Shown here piece after piece: positions 1 to 9,622 of a stretch of DNA of 49,608 bases. The position numbers and the translations under genes are program-made. Origin of the DNA: an uncultured Chthoniobacterales bacterium (GTDB taxonomy: Bacteria > Verrucomicrobiota > Verrucomicrobiia > Chthoniobacterales > UBA10450); NCBI GenBank assembly GCA_955652255.1, contig CATPAW010000137.1, forward strand, positions 1-49,608, given 5' to 3'. Position 1 is the first letter of the stretch. The number at the start of each line of letters is the position of its first letter. The notes below the pieces were generated by a model. It did no database searches, was not told the origin of the DNA, and was given only the letters and a program-made list of their open reading frames with translations.

Positions 1-402
1 GAAGCGCAGCCTTATCTCAAAAAATTCTGGCGCGACAACATCCGCACGTTCGGGTTTGTGCGTGATCCGGAGAATTATCTCAGCCAAAGCACGGTGCACG
101 TTTTTCCTTCGCAATGGGAGGGCAGCGCCAAAGTCACGTATGAAGCTGCGGCCTGCGGTTTGCCCCAAATCACGACTCGCCAGGCCGGAGATGTCGTGCG
201 CGATCAAGTGGAAGGAATTATTGTCCGGCCTGGAAACGTGGATGCCATCGCGGCCGCACTTGAATATTTTTATCGACATCCGGAAATGGTTGAGCAAATG
301 GGTGGCGCAGCTCGGCAGCGCGTGGTTGAAAATTTTACCTGGGACCATTTCCGCATGCGATTGCTCGATGCTTACGAAGTCGCGATGCGAATGGCGCGAT
401 AA
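1..402 (+). CDS. glycosyltransferase family 1, C-terminal part (5' end outside window)
   Basis: Frame 1 is open from base 1 to TAA 400-402. The translation ...VHVFPSQWEGSAKVTYEAAACGLPQITT... has the GT1 C-terminal E-x7-E type signature. The stop overlaps the next start (TAATG). Confidence 0.7.
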   Translation, partial: EAQPYLKKFWRDNIRTFGFVRDPENYLSQSTVHVFPSQWEGSAKVTYEAAACGLPQITTRQAGDVVRDQVEGIIVRPGNVDAIAAALEYFYRHPEMVEQMGGAARQRVVENFTWDHFRMRLLDAYEVAMRMAR

Positions 403-1577
403 TGTTGCGAGGCGGCCTATGGCCGCTGACTGGGAATCAGAAAAGAATGCGACGCTCACCGAGCGCCGGTAGAGTCGCTCAGTTCGTGAACATTCTACTA
501 CTCCAGTTGAAACGGATCGGCGATTTGATTTTGACGACGCCTGCTATCGGAGCGCTGCGTAAAAATTTCCCTGGGGCGAGGATCACGGTGGTCGTTTCGC
601 GCGAATGCGCGGAGTTACTTCCCGCCATCTCGAGCGCCGACCGGACACTCGTCGCCAATCGCAACCTGAAGGACGTGGCCGTTTTTCTGACCGTCGCGCG
701 AGAAAAATTCGATTATTGCGTTGACTTCACGCAAAATGATCGCTCGGCGCTTCTTGCTTTTCTCTCTGGAGCTCGGAAGCGCGTCGCTGCTCACAGGGTA
801 AAGGATAACTCAGGCAATCGGGCCCGCGTTTACAACGAGTTTACAAAACTTCGCCTCAAGGAAGTGCACACGCTGGACTATAATCTGGCTTTGCTCGAGC
901 CGCTCGGGATTAGCAACGCTTCCCGCGTCCTTCAACTGGAGGTGCCGCGTCCCGCGCACGAGAAAGCGAGGCAACTCCTGAAAGCAGCAAAGATCGACAG
1001 TCCATTCATCATCTTCCATCCGGGTTCGGCGCGCCCCGAAAAGTTTTGGGACACGCGGCGCTGGGCCGAGGTGATCAGCCACGCCCGCTCCAATTGGCGG
1101 ATTAACTGCGTGCTCACCGGCGGCGGGTCGGCACTCGAGCAGAAGCATATCTGTGAAATCAAAGCCAAATTGCGGCAGCCTGTTGATTCGCTTTCTCCCG
1201 AAAGCTCACCCGGTCGGGTCACCCATCCATCTCGCTCGACTCTCGTCGGCTCGATTGTTGATCTTTCTCGTAAAACCGATTTGCTTACTCTAACCGCGCT
1301 TATCGCGCAGGCGCGGCTTCTGGTGACAGTTGACTCGGCCGCGATGCATCTCGCGGCGGCGAAACAAACGCCGCAGGTAGTCCTTTTCGGGCCCACCAAC
1401 CCGTTTCACTGGCGGCCACGCGAAAGCCCGGCTTTGATCCTGCAGGGAGAATCGACCAGGCCGATGACCGAGTTCTCGCCCAAGCAGACGCGCGTCGCGA
1501 TGAAGGAAATCTCGACGGAAGCGGTGATTAATGCTATGGACTTGCTGCTGTCGGCTCCGGCGGCGCAAACCTCATGA
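402..1577 (+). CDS. glycosyltransferase family 9 (LPS heptosyltransferase-like)
   Basis: GT9 hallmarks are present: ILLLQLKRIGDLILTTPAIGALRKNFPGARITVV, FIIFHPGSARPEKFW, LLVTVDSAAMHLAAA. The ATG at 402 overlaps the upstream stop. Alternative starts are ATG 447 and GTG 486. Confidence 0.75.
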   Translation: MLRGGLWPLTGNQKRMRRSPSAGRVAQFVNILLLQLKRIGDLILTTPAIGALRKNFPGARITVVVSRECAELLPAISSADRTLVANRNLKDVAVFLTVAREKFDYCVDFTQNDRSALLAFLSGARKRVAAHRVKDNSGNRARVYNEFTKLRLKEVHTLDYNLALLEPLGISNASRVLQLEVPRPAHEKARQLLKAAKIDSPFIIFHPGSARPEKFWDTRRWAEVISHARSNWRINCVLTGGGSALEQKHICEIKAKLRQPVDSLSPESSPGRVTHPSRSTLVGSIVDLSRKTDLLTLTALIAQARLLVTVDSAAMHLAAAKQTPQVVLFGPTNPFHWRPRESPALILQGESTRPMTEFSPKQTRVAMKEISTEAVINAMDLLLSAPAAQTS

Positions 1578-3451
1578 GCAACGGAGAAGCCGCAAAAGAA
1601 AAGCTCTCGTTTTTGCAGACGCTTCGGGAAGCCTCGGGCCCGTATCGCCGGCTCTATAGTTACGTTAAGCCGTACAAAGGGCGTTTTATACTTGGCCTGT
1701 CGCTTGGTTTTGCGTTCGGCTTCGTCAATTCGCTTATTCCCCTAACCGTGCTCCAGGTATCGAATTTCATTTTCCACGGGGCCGCGCCCAATCCAAGCAC
1801 TATCCTGACCCATCACGAGATGTTGAGCATCGGCCCGAAGATCAACTCGATCCTTTGGATTTGTCTCGCCATTCCGCTGATCATGACCGCGCGCAGTCTT
1901 TGCTCCTACGGAAATGCTTACTACATGAACTGGGTAAGCAATAGAGTGGTAACCGACATCCGAAACCAGCTCTTCAGCAAAATCGTCCGTCACTCCATGG
2001 AGTTCTTTAACAAAATGCGGTCCGGGTTTCTTATGTCGCGCATTACCAATGATACCCGAGGCATGCAAATGGCGCTGACGACGGTGAGCAGCGACATTTT
2101 CAAACAGCCGGTTACGATCGTGGGCGGAATTATTGTCCTCCTGATGATGGATTGGAAGTTTACCGTTGTGACACTGGTGCTTTTTCCGATTTGTCTGGTG
2201 CCGATCCGTGTTTATGGACGGCGCGCGCGCAAGGCCGTGCAACACGAACAGGAAGACATGGGTGAAATGGTCGTGACCATGCAGGAGACCTTCGCAGGCA
2301 TTCGGGTGGTCAAATCGTTCACCCGGGAAGAGCATCAGGAGGAAAGATTCCGCCACAGCAATCAGCTTCAATTCTCCAACATGATGCGAATGATCATATC
2401 GATGGAGGCGGTCGGGCCGCTGGTCGAAACCATCGCGGCGATGGGTGTCGGCCTGGCGCTGCTCTACGTTTATGCCGTAAATCTGAGCGCCGGACGATTT
2501 TTTGGACTGATCTCGGGGATTTTTATCCTATACGAGCCGATTAAAACGCTCAGCAAAATCCACATCGTCATGCAGAGATCGATCTCCGCGACTACGGAAG
2601 TTTTCAGGATTTTGGATTTGGAGCCGGCGGTAAAGGACAGGCCCGACGCGATTGCCTTGCGTTCGACCGAAGGGCAGATCGATTTCGAGAGGGTTATTTT
2701 CCGCTACGCCCCCGGCTCGCCTGCTGCGGTCCAAGACCTTAATTTTAGGATCGAGCCGGGCAAGAGTTACGCGCTGGTCGGTGCCAGTGGCGCCGGAAAA
2801 TCAACTGTTCTCTCGTTGCTTCTGCGCTTGTACGATCCCACCTCCGGCACGGTACGGATTGATGGCCGCGATTTGCGTACGCTCACGCAAATATCTTTGC
2901 GGGGACAGATTGGTCTTGTCACCCAGGACACATTTTTGTTTCACGACACAATCTTTAATAACATCCAGTTTGGACGTCTTGGTGCTACTCCGGAAGAAGT
3001 TTACGCCGCCGCGCGCACCGCCTTCGCTCATGACTTTATTCTCGCCCAGCCGAAGGGCTACGAAACAGTAATCGGTGACAAGGGTTGTCTGCTTTCCGGC
3101 GGACAACAGCAACGGTTGGCCATCGCTCGCGCGCTGTTGAAGAATGCACCGATTTTGTTGCTGGATGAGGCGACATCGTCGCTCGACTCCGAATCGGAAA
3201 AGCAAATTCAACAGGCACTGGAGCGGCTTTCCGCCGGGCGCACCGTGATCGCAATCGCGCATCGACTCTCCACTATCTTATCGGCCGACCAAATTGTGGT
3301 AATGGACGAGGGGCACATCAAGGAAATTGGAACGCATCGCGAGCTGCTCGAGAAATCGGGCTATTATCGGCGGCTTTATGACATGCAGTTCCATCGCCAC
3401 GAAGAAGAAAAATCTGCAGAACCAGGCGTGCTAGTTGACGCGCCGGTTTAG
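1574..3451 (+). CDS. ABC exporter, fused permease/ATPase, MsbA-like lipid A flippase family
   Basis: A six-TM N-terminal half is followed by Walker A GASGAGKST, signature LSGGQQQRLAIARA and Walker B ILLLDEATS. There is an ATGA overlap with the GT9 gene. The LPS gene context suggests MsbA. Confidence 0.8.
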   Translation: MSNGEAAKEKLSFLQTLREASGPYRRLYSYVKPYKGRFILGLSLGFAFGFVNSLIPLTVLQVSNFIFHGAAPNPSTILTHHEMLSIGPKINSILWICLAIPLIMTARSLCSYGNAYYMNWVSNRVVTDIRNQLFSKIVRHSMEFFNKMRSGFLMSRITNDTRGMQMALTTVSSDIFKQPVTIVGGIIVLLMMDWKFTVVTLVLFPICLVPIRVYGRRARKAVQHEQEDMGEMVVTMQETFAGIRVVKSFTREEHQEERFRHSNQLQFSNMMRMIISMEAVGPLVETIAAMGVGLALLYVYAVNLSAGRFFGLISGIFILYEPIKTLSKIHIVMQRSISATTEVFRILDLEPAVKDRPDAIALRSTEGQIDFERVIFRYAPGSPAAVQDLNFRIEPGKSYALVGASGAGKSTVLSLLLRLYDPTSGTVRIDGRDLRTLTQISLRGQIGLVTQDTFLFHDTIFNNIQFGRLGATPEEVYAAARTAFAHDFILAQPKGYETVIGDKGCLLSGGQQQRLAIARALLKNAPILLLDEATSSLDSESEKQIQQALERLSAGRTVIAIAHRLSTILSADQIVVMDEGHIKEIGTHRELLEKSGYYRRLYDMQFHRHEEEKSAEPGVLVDAPV

Positions 3452-3542
3452 CAGCGCACCGCACTCCAGCGTTTCGCAACCACCGTCCGCGCCGTCAAGC
3501 TGACGCTTTCCATTTTACCTTCTCCAAATTAACCTCCCCAAA

Positions 3543-4268
3543 ATGCCGTTTAATATCGATCTGCATTCGCATTCGTTCTTTTCCGGCGACGGCGTTTCAA
3601 GTCCGGAGGATTTAATCGCTGCCGCTCGCGCCAAAGGGCTGCACGGTCTCGCCATCACCGATCACAACACGTCTGAGGCCGTCACTTATCTGCTCGAAAA
3701 AGGATTGATGCGCCTCGACGGCTTGCCCGTCGACAACTTCCTTGTCCTGCCCGGCGTCGAAATAACAACCGCCGACGGCCATCTGCTTTGCATCGGCGCA
3801 ACACTCCCCTATTTAAAGGGAAAACCGGCGCGCAAAGTTTGTGAGATGATCCACGAACGCGGCGGTCTCGCCATTCCACCGCATCCATATGATTTGTTTC
3901 GAGCGGGAATTCGCTTTTCGACCTTAGAGAAGTTGCCGATCGACGCGATCGAAGTTTTCAACGCGGCCACGACTTTGCGTCGCTACAATCGCTATGCATT
4001 TAAATATGCGCAGATTCGCGGCTTGCCCATGACCGCGGCGAGCGACGCGCACCACGCCGCCGCAGTCGGCACCGCTTATACCATTCTCAACACAAACGAC
4101 TTTTCCGTGAAGGGAATCCTCGCCCAGATCGTTAAAAGCAACGAGCTCAACCAAAAATACCTCACCCCGAGCGATAGCGTCCGCAAAACTTGGAACAACT
4201 GGCTGCGGCTACGGCGACGAAAAAAAAGTCCCGAGTTAGCAGCTAAAGACAGCAACAACGATCGCTAA
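3543..4268 (+). CDS. PHP-domain metal-dependent phosphoesterase
   Basis: N-terminus IDLHSHSFFSGDG, plus ITDHNT, GVEITT, PHPYD and ASDAHH, the typical PHP His/Asp motifs. Confidence 0.75.
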   Translation: MPFNIDLHSHSFFSGDGVSSPEDLIAAARAKGLHGLAITDHNTSEAVTYLLEKGLMRLDGLPVDNFLVLPGVEITTADGHLLCIGATLPYLKGKPARKVCEMIHERGGLAIPPHPYDLFRAGIRFSTLEKLPIDAIEVFNAATTLRRYNRYAFKYAQIRGLPMTAASDAHHAAAVGTAYTILNTNDFSVKGILAQIVKSNELNQKYLTPSDSVRKTWNNWLRLRRRKKSPELAAKDSNNDR

Positions 4269-4305
4269 CCTTTTACCTTCTAATTTCTACTTCCTACTTC
4301 TTGCA

Positions 4306-4593
4306 ATGTCCGCCTACGTCATTGTTGAAATCGAGATCGTCGATCCTGTTGGCTACGAGGAGTACAAAAAACTCGCTGGTGCAACGGTTGAGAAATACGG
4401 CGGCAAGTACATCGTGCGCGGCGGCGTGGTGGAAACGCTCGAAAGCGATTGGAACCCGAAACGCATCGTCATTTTGGAGTTTGAATCGATGCAACGGGCC
4501 AAAGAGTGGCTGAATTGCGAGGAATACCGCGAACCGCGGAAAATGCGTCAGTGCACGGCTAAGACGAAAATGATCCTCGTCGAAGGCGTTTGA
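4306..4593 (+). CDS. DUF1330 domain protein
   Basis: 95-aa protein MSAYVIVEIEIVDPVGYEEYKK...IVILEFESMQRAKEWLNCEEY. This is the typical DUF1330 (dimeric alpha-beta barrel) pattern. Confidence 0.7.
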   Translation: MSAYVIVEIEIVDPVGYEEYKKLAGATVEKYGGKYIVRGGVVETLESDWNPKRIVILEFESMQRAKEWLNCEEYREPRKMRQCTAKTKMILVEGV

Positions 4594-4595
4594 TT

Positions 4596-4672
4596 CGGTA
4601 GGGCGACGCTCCGCGGAGCCGTCAAACCCATCGATGTTAATTAAGTCGGCTCGACAGAGTCTCGCCCTACCG
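4596..4672. repeat. palindromic intergenic element, family B copy 1 (CGGTAGGGCGA ... TCGCCCTACCG)
   Basis: Perfect 11-bp terminal inverted repeat at 4596-4606 / 4662-4672, with an inner palindrome CTCCGCGGAG. It lies between convergent genes. The right arm contains the TAG stop (4667-4669) of the minus-strand gene. A second copy is at 43764-43822. Confidence 0.8.
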
Positions 4673-6841
4673 CGTAGAAAGCAATTCCGCGAGTTGTTTC
4701 GGATCCGTTACCGGCGCTTTGCACGTGAAATTTTCGCAGACGTAGGCGGCTGGTTTTCCGTCGATGATCGACATCGCCCGGATCGCTTCGTTGTTTTCGC
4801 CAAGATACTTTTGGCCTTCAGCTCCATCGGCCACGAGCAGAATTTTATTCGGCAGAAAATGTCGCTGTACCTCCGTGAGCAGCGTTTTCGCCGCGGGATC
4901 ATCGAGCTTTCCTGCAATCACGATCTGGCGCGACTTGCCTAACGAATAATCGAGCGCGACCAGCATTTGCGGCATTGCGCTCGCGAAATGTGAAAGTGCC
5001 GGCGCGAATGCGTCGATTGTTTTCCTACCTCGATCTTCCAGCTGTTTGTCGTCGCGAAACTGCGCGAGGCGCAAAAGGTTGATCGCGGCAATTGAGCTCG
5101 CCGCCGGTTCCGCGCTGTCGTTGTCATCTTTCATCCGCAGCGGCACGCTCGATTCTTTTTCACTCGTACTGAAATAGCCGCCGTTCTGCTCATCGAAGAA
5201 CAAGCGGTCCTGTGTCGCCTGCAATTCAACGGCAACCTTCAGCCATTTGACATCAAAGGACGCCTCGTAAAGATCGATAAGTCCTTGGATGACAAAGGCG
5301 TAATCGTCAGCGAAGCCTTCGATCTCGCTCCGGCCCTCGCGATAATTTCGATACAAAACTTTGCGCGACTCATCATAAAGATGTTCGCGAATAAATTTAG
5401 CTGCGTTAGTGGCGAGCTCGAGATAGCGTGGCTCATCTAAAGCTTGCGCCGCGCGTGCGAACGCCGAAATCATGAGGCCGTTCCAGGCCGAAATGATTTT
5501 GTCATCGAGATGCGGGCGCGGCCGTTTGGCGCGAATCGACAATAATTTTTCGCGGCTGCGCGCAAGCGATTGCCGAATTTCCTCTTCGCTTTTCTTAAAA
5601 TGCTTCGCCGTCTCGGCAATCGGGTGTCGCTCGATCAAAATATTCCTTTCTCGAAATTCGTCCTGTGGATCGCTTCCTTCCGGCGCGTTGCCATGCGGTT
5701 GAACGCCGTAATGAAAATCAAAAATCTCCGCGGCATCGCCAAGTGCGCCATCGATCTCCTTTTTCGTCCAGATGTAGAATGCGCCTTCGCCGTGCTCAGG
5801 TTTGCCGTGCTCGAAAAGGCTGTCCGCGTCCTCCGCGGAAAAGAATCCCCCGTTCTTCGACGTCATGTCGCGCCCGACGTAGTCGAGACTATCGCGCACG
5901 ACCGATTCATATTGTCGATCTTGTGTGATTTGAAACGCGTCCAGATATGCGACGGTAAGTTGCGCTTGATCGTAGAGCATTTTCTCGAAGTGCGGTACGT
6001 GCCAGTGCCGATCGACCGAGTAGCGATGAAAACCGCCGCCGAGATGATCGTGTATGCCTCCAGCCGCCATGTTCCGCAGCGTGACTAAATCCATTTCGAG
6101 CGCATGCTTGCCGGTTCCACTCTTCGGATCGCGCGCGTAAAACCGCGAAAGAAAATTTAACGCGACAGGCCGCGGAAACTTTGGCGCGCTGCCGAAGCCG
6201 CCTTCTTTCTCATCGAACGTGCGAGCAAACTGCTCGTGGGCTTTGTCAAAAACCTGATTGTCGATCTTGGCGGACGCTGCGGATTGTGCGGCCTGCGATT
6301 CGCGCAATGCCGAGATGATTTTCGAGCTTTGATCGACAATCTTTTCGTGGTCCTGCTTCCAAGCCACGGCAATGCGTTCTAGAACTTTTTTGAAACCGGG
6401 CTGGCCGTAGCGGTCCGCCGGCGGAAAATAAGTTCCGCCGACAAATGGTTTTAAATCCGGCGTTAACCAGACGCTCATCGGCCACCCGCCGCTACCGGTC
6501 GTCGCCTGCACGAACGTCATGTAAACGCGATCCACATCCGGCCGTTCCTCGCGATCGACTTTGATGTTCACAAACTCGCGATTCATGATTGCAGACGTCT
6601 CTTCATTCTCGAACGACTCATGCGCCATGACATGACACCAATGACAGGTCGAGTATCCCACTGAGAGAAAGATCGGTTTGTTTTCGCGGCGCGCTTTGAC
6701 GAAAGCTTCTTCGCCCCACGAATACCAATCGACTGGATTATGCGCGTGCTGCAAAAGGTAGGGCGACTTCTCGCTCGCCAGTCTGTTTGTGTGCTCCGTG
6801 TGTGCCGGTGAAACTTCGGCAGCCGGTTGAATTGGACTCAC
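4667..6841 (-). CDS. thioredoxin-domain protein, DUF255 / YyaL family (N-terminal Trx-like plus six-hairpin glycosidase-like domain)
   Basis: [29 protein letters not shown]...[20 protein letters not shown] is the diagnostic DUF255 N-terminus. Length is 724 aa with a GTG start. Confidence 0.85.
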   Translation of the reverse strand: MSPIQPAAEVSPAHTEHTNRLASEKSPYLLQHAHNPVDWYSWGEEAFVKARRENKPIFLSVGYSTCHWCHVMAHESFENEETSAIMNREFVNIKVDREERPDVDRVYMTFVQATTGSGGWPMSVWLTPDLKPFVGGTYFPPADRYGQPGFKKVLERIAVAWKQDHEKIVDQSSKIISALRESQAAQSAASAKIDNQVFDKAHEQFARTFDEKEGGFGSAPKFPRPVALNFLSRFYARDPKSGTGKHALEMDLVTLRNMAAGGIHDHLGGGFHRYSVDRHWHVPHFEKMLYDQAQLTVAYLDAFQITQDRQYESVVRDSLDYVGRDMTSKNGGFFSAEDADSLFEHGKPEHGEGAFYIWTKKEIDGALGDAAEIFDFHYGVQPHGNAPEGSDPQDEFRERNILIERHPIAETAKHFKKSEEEIRQSLARSREKLLSIRAKRPRPHLDDKIISAWNGLMISAFARAAQALDEPRYLELATNAAKFIREHLYDESRKVLYRNYREGRSEIEGFADDYAFVIQGLIDLYEASFDVKWLKVAVELQATQDRLFFDEQNGGYFSTSEKESSVPLRMKDDNDSAEPAASSIAAINLLRLAQFRDDKQLEDRGRKTIDAFAPALSHFASAMPQMLVALDYSLGKSRQIVIAGKLDDPAAKTLLTEVQRHFLPNKILLVADGAEGQKYLGENNEAIRAMSIIDGKPAAYVCENFTCKAPVTDPKQLAELLSTR

Positions 6842-6869
6842 TCATTATTCTAGCGCCGATCGCCGTTCT

Positions 6870-6978
6870 TGTCATTCCGAGCGAAAGCCTGCCCTGAGCG
6901 TCAGTCGATGGGTCGAAGAATCTCCTACCGTTTTTCTGATCGACAAAGAGAGATGTCTCGACTCCGCTCGACCTGACA
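6870..6978. repeat. palindromic intergenic element, family A copy 1 (TGTCATTCCGAGCG ... CGCTCGACCTGACA)
   Basis: The ends are inverted repeats of each other. About 50 nt of the left part matches the reverse complement of 46368-46417 at roughly 85% identity. It sits in a divergent intergenic region. Confidence 0.7.
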
Positions 6979-6983
6979 AAAGG

Positions 6984-7721
6984 ATGGATTCCGCACATCT
7001 CATTTTCCTCTTTCTCGCAATCGGCGTGATAGCGTTTCTCTACTCATCGGTGGGGCATGCCGGGGCATCGGGCTACATCGCTGTGATGACTTTGTGGGGT
7101 GTCGCTGCCATGACGATCAGACCTACCGCTTTGGTACTGAACATCCTTGTCGCTTCGATCGGCGCGTTTCAATTTTGGCGCGCCGGCCATTTTGCTTGGA
7201 AATTATTCTGGCCGTTTGCCGTGTTGTCCATCCCGGCGGCGTATCTCGGCGGTTATCTGCAACCGTCGGCTTCGGTTTTGAGAATCCTGATTGGCCTGGT
7301 GCTGCTTTTTTCGGCGGTGCGCCTGATTTTTCGGCGCAGCGACCCGCCGCACGTCATGTCGCCTTCCAATCCGACAGCGATTGGCGTTGGAGCGGCAATC
7401 GGATTCCTGTCCGGCCTCACTGGAACGGGCGGAGGAATATTTCTCACTCCCCTTGTGCTGTTTTGCCATTGGGCGCACATTCGCCAGGCGGCCGCAGTCT
7501 CGGCGTTGTTTATTTTGGTAAACTCAATTTCGGGGCTGACGGGCTACTTTACCGCGAACCAATCTATTCCGTGGCTTGGAATTCTCCTCGCACCCGCGGC
7601 GGCGATTGGCGGCGTTCTGGGTTCAAATCTTGGCAGCCGCCATTTTCCCATCCGCACCATCTCGATCTTGTTGGCGACAGTACTGGTCATCGCCGGACTG
7701 AAACTAATTTTTACTAGATGA
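6984..7721 (+). CDS. TSUP family (TauE/SafE) anion exporter membrane protein
   Basis: Eight predicted TM segments and a GLTGTGGGIFLTPLVLF motif. An AAAAGGA sequence precedes the ATG. Confidence 0.75.
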   Translation: MDSAHLIFLFLAIGVIAFLYSSVGHAGASGYIAVMTLWGVAAMTIRPTALVLNILVASIGAFQFWRAGHFAWKLFWPFAVLSIPAAYLGGYLQPSASVLRILIGLVLLFSAVRLIFRRSDPPHVMSPSNPTAIGVGAAIGFLSGLTGTGGGIFLTPLVLFCHWAHIRQAAAVSALFILVNSISGLTGYFTANQSIPWLGILLAPAAAIGGVLGSNLGSRHFPIRTISILLATVLVIAGLKLIFTR

Positions 7722-7754
7722 GTGCGCGTTCGTGGCGGAACATGCGTTTTTCCT

Positions 7755-8231
7755 TTATGATGGAACCAATTCCAAACGCGGCGCCGTATCGGGCGACCAT
7801 GGATTTAGTTTGAAATCCGAGCGCGTGATTTCCTTGCGCGCATTTCGCAGAAGATCGAGAAACGCGGCGACATCGAGCGCGTGATGAACCGGCAAATATG
7901 GCGCGACGTTCTTTTCCGCGAGCAAGAAGAGTCGCACCGCGGGCTTCAATCGACGGCTGTGTTTCGCATGTGTCGGATTCTCGAAATTTTTCCGGAGATG
8001 CACAAATGCGCCCGCCGCCTGGATGAGACCTTTGAAAAAATCGTCGTCATCCGTATCGGTGTTTAACCAGAGCTGCTCGAGCACGTCGTGCGCTTCGTAG
8101 TAGCGCTGCTCGTTCCAGCACTGAAAATAGGTGCGATAATAAGGATGACTCGCGATGTCGATCTTTGTCGGATCGACATCTTCCCCCACCAGTTCTGTGA
8201 CCAGCCGCGAAATCCGCTCGCCTTTGCTCAT
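7755..8231 (-). CDS. DUF309 domain protein
   Basis: YFQCWNEQRYYEAHDVLEQLWL is the DUF309 core. The start is uncertain: the ORF is open to 8426, and candidate ATGs lie at 8231 (MSKGE) and 8312 (MARPL). Confidence 0.55.
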   Translation of the reverse strand: MSKGERISRLVTELVGEDVDPTKIDIASHPYYRTYFQCWNEQRYYEAHDVLEQLWLNTDTDDDDFFKGLIQAAGAFVHLRKNFENPTHAKHSRRLKPAVRLFLLAEKNVAPYLPVHHALDVAAFLDLLRNARKEITRSDFKLNPWSPDTAPRLELVPS

Positions 8232-8329
8232 GAAGAGCCTAACTTGATCGCGGCTCAGACAATGGGCAAACCAGCATGCATTAGCTTTTCGGAGGACGAG
8301 CGGGCGCGCCATCGCTCTCGCGTTAAAGA

Positions 8330-9622
8330 ATGACGGTTGCGGTCTTCGCCATTCTGCTAGTCGTCGTCTCGATTTTGATTTTCTGTTCCGCCCTTTTTTC
8401 CGGATTGGAAACGGCACTCTTCTCACTCAAGCCGCACCAGTTGCGCCGGCTGGAAGAACATCATCCTGCCCTCACGAAATTCGTTCAGCGCTTTCGGGAA
8501 AATCCGCGCCGCGTTTTGAACGTGCTGCTCCTCGGCGACGGCCTCGTAAAAGTGCCGCTGGTGGTGCTTTGTCTTTTTCTTTTATGGGAAGGCCCGTTCG
8601 CGGCGAGGATTCCGCAGTGGCTGGCCGCGATCGTGATCTTCACGATTGTCGTCCTGCTTTGCGATTTAATTCCAAAACTGCTGGCCCTGTCCGCTCCTTA
8701 TCGACTTTCGGCCATCGGCGCTTTTACGTTGAAGCTGTCAATGCCGCTGCTCGATCGCGTCGGTCATGCGCTCGAGAACACGAGCACGGCGATTGTCGAT
8801 CTTTTCACTCCGTTGCATCTGCGCACCCGTGCACGATTGAGCGACGCGGAGTTCGAGACGCTGGTTGAAATTGGCGAAGAAGAAGGTGCTCTGCATGAAG
8901 CGGAAGCCGAGATGATCCAGGAGATCATTAAACTCGGCGACAAAACGGCGAAGGATTGCATGACGCCGCGCGTCGATACTTTCACACTGCCGGACGATTT
9001 GACGAACGAGGAAGCGATCGCGCGCCTGAAAGAGAAACGTCATCGCCGCGTGCCGGTCTACGTGGACACACCCGATCAAGTTCTCGGGATCATCGATGTG
9101 AAAATGTTCCTGCTCGATCCGTCGGAGCATTACACCGAGCGATTAATCCTGCCATCATTTGTGCCGGAGACTATGCGGGCGCTTGATCTGCTCAAGCTCT
9201 TCCTCACTCACGCCCAGGGGCTCGCCATCGTTGTCGACGAATTTGGCGGGACCGAAGGCATCATCACCATGTCCGACATCGTCGAGGAAATCCTCAGCGA
9301 CGCTGTCCCGCGCGGAGATGTCGATCTTTACATCGAGCGGATTGAGGATGGAAAATTTCTCGTCAGCGGAAACGCGCGCCTCGACGATTTGAGCGAGCAT
9401 CTCGGATTCGAAATTGAGGCGGAAGGAATCGACACCATTGGCGGCTTCGTCTTCAACCAGCTCGGTTATTTGCCGCTGTCGGGCACGCAACTCGAAATTC
9501 CACGCCTGGCCATTACCGTGCGGCGCGCCGGACGCAAACGAATCGAGGAGATCTTGCTGGAAAAAACAACCGTGGTCGGCGAGGCCGATGAACCATCGGG
9601 CAACAGCAGCGTTGCGGCATGA
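8330..9622 (+). CDS. CNNM/CorB-type transporter (DUF21 + CBS pair + CorC_HlyC domain), 'hemolysin family protein'
   Basis: N-terminal four-TM DUF21 (FSGLETALFSL), a CBS pair (AKDCMTPRVD...RRVPVY) and a C-terminal CorC_HlyC segment (GFVFNQLGYLPLSG...L). Confidence 0.85.
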   Translation: MTVAVFAILLVVVSILIFCSALFSGLETALFSLKPHQLRRLEEHHPALTKFVQRFRENPRRVLNVLLLGDGLVKVPLVVLCLFLLWEGPFAARIPQWLAAIVIFTIVVLLCDLIPKLLALSAPYRLSAIGAFTLKLSMPLLDRVGHALENTSTAIVDLFTPLHLRTRARLSDAEFETLVEIGEEEGALHEAEAEMIQEIIKLGDKTAKDCMTPRVDTFTLPDDLTNEEAIARLKEKRHRRVPVYVDTPDQVLGIIDVKMFLLDPSEHYTERLILPSFVPETMRALDLLKLFLTHAQGLAIVVDEFGGTEGIITMSDIVEEILSDAVPRGDVDLYIERIEDGKFLVSGNARLDDLSEHLGFEIEAEGIDTIGGFVFNQLGYLPLSGTQLEIPRLAITVRRAGRKRIEEILLEKTTVVGEADEPSGNSSVAA

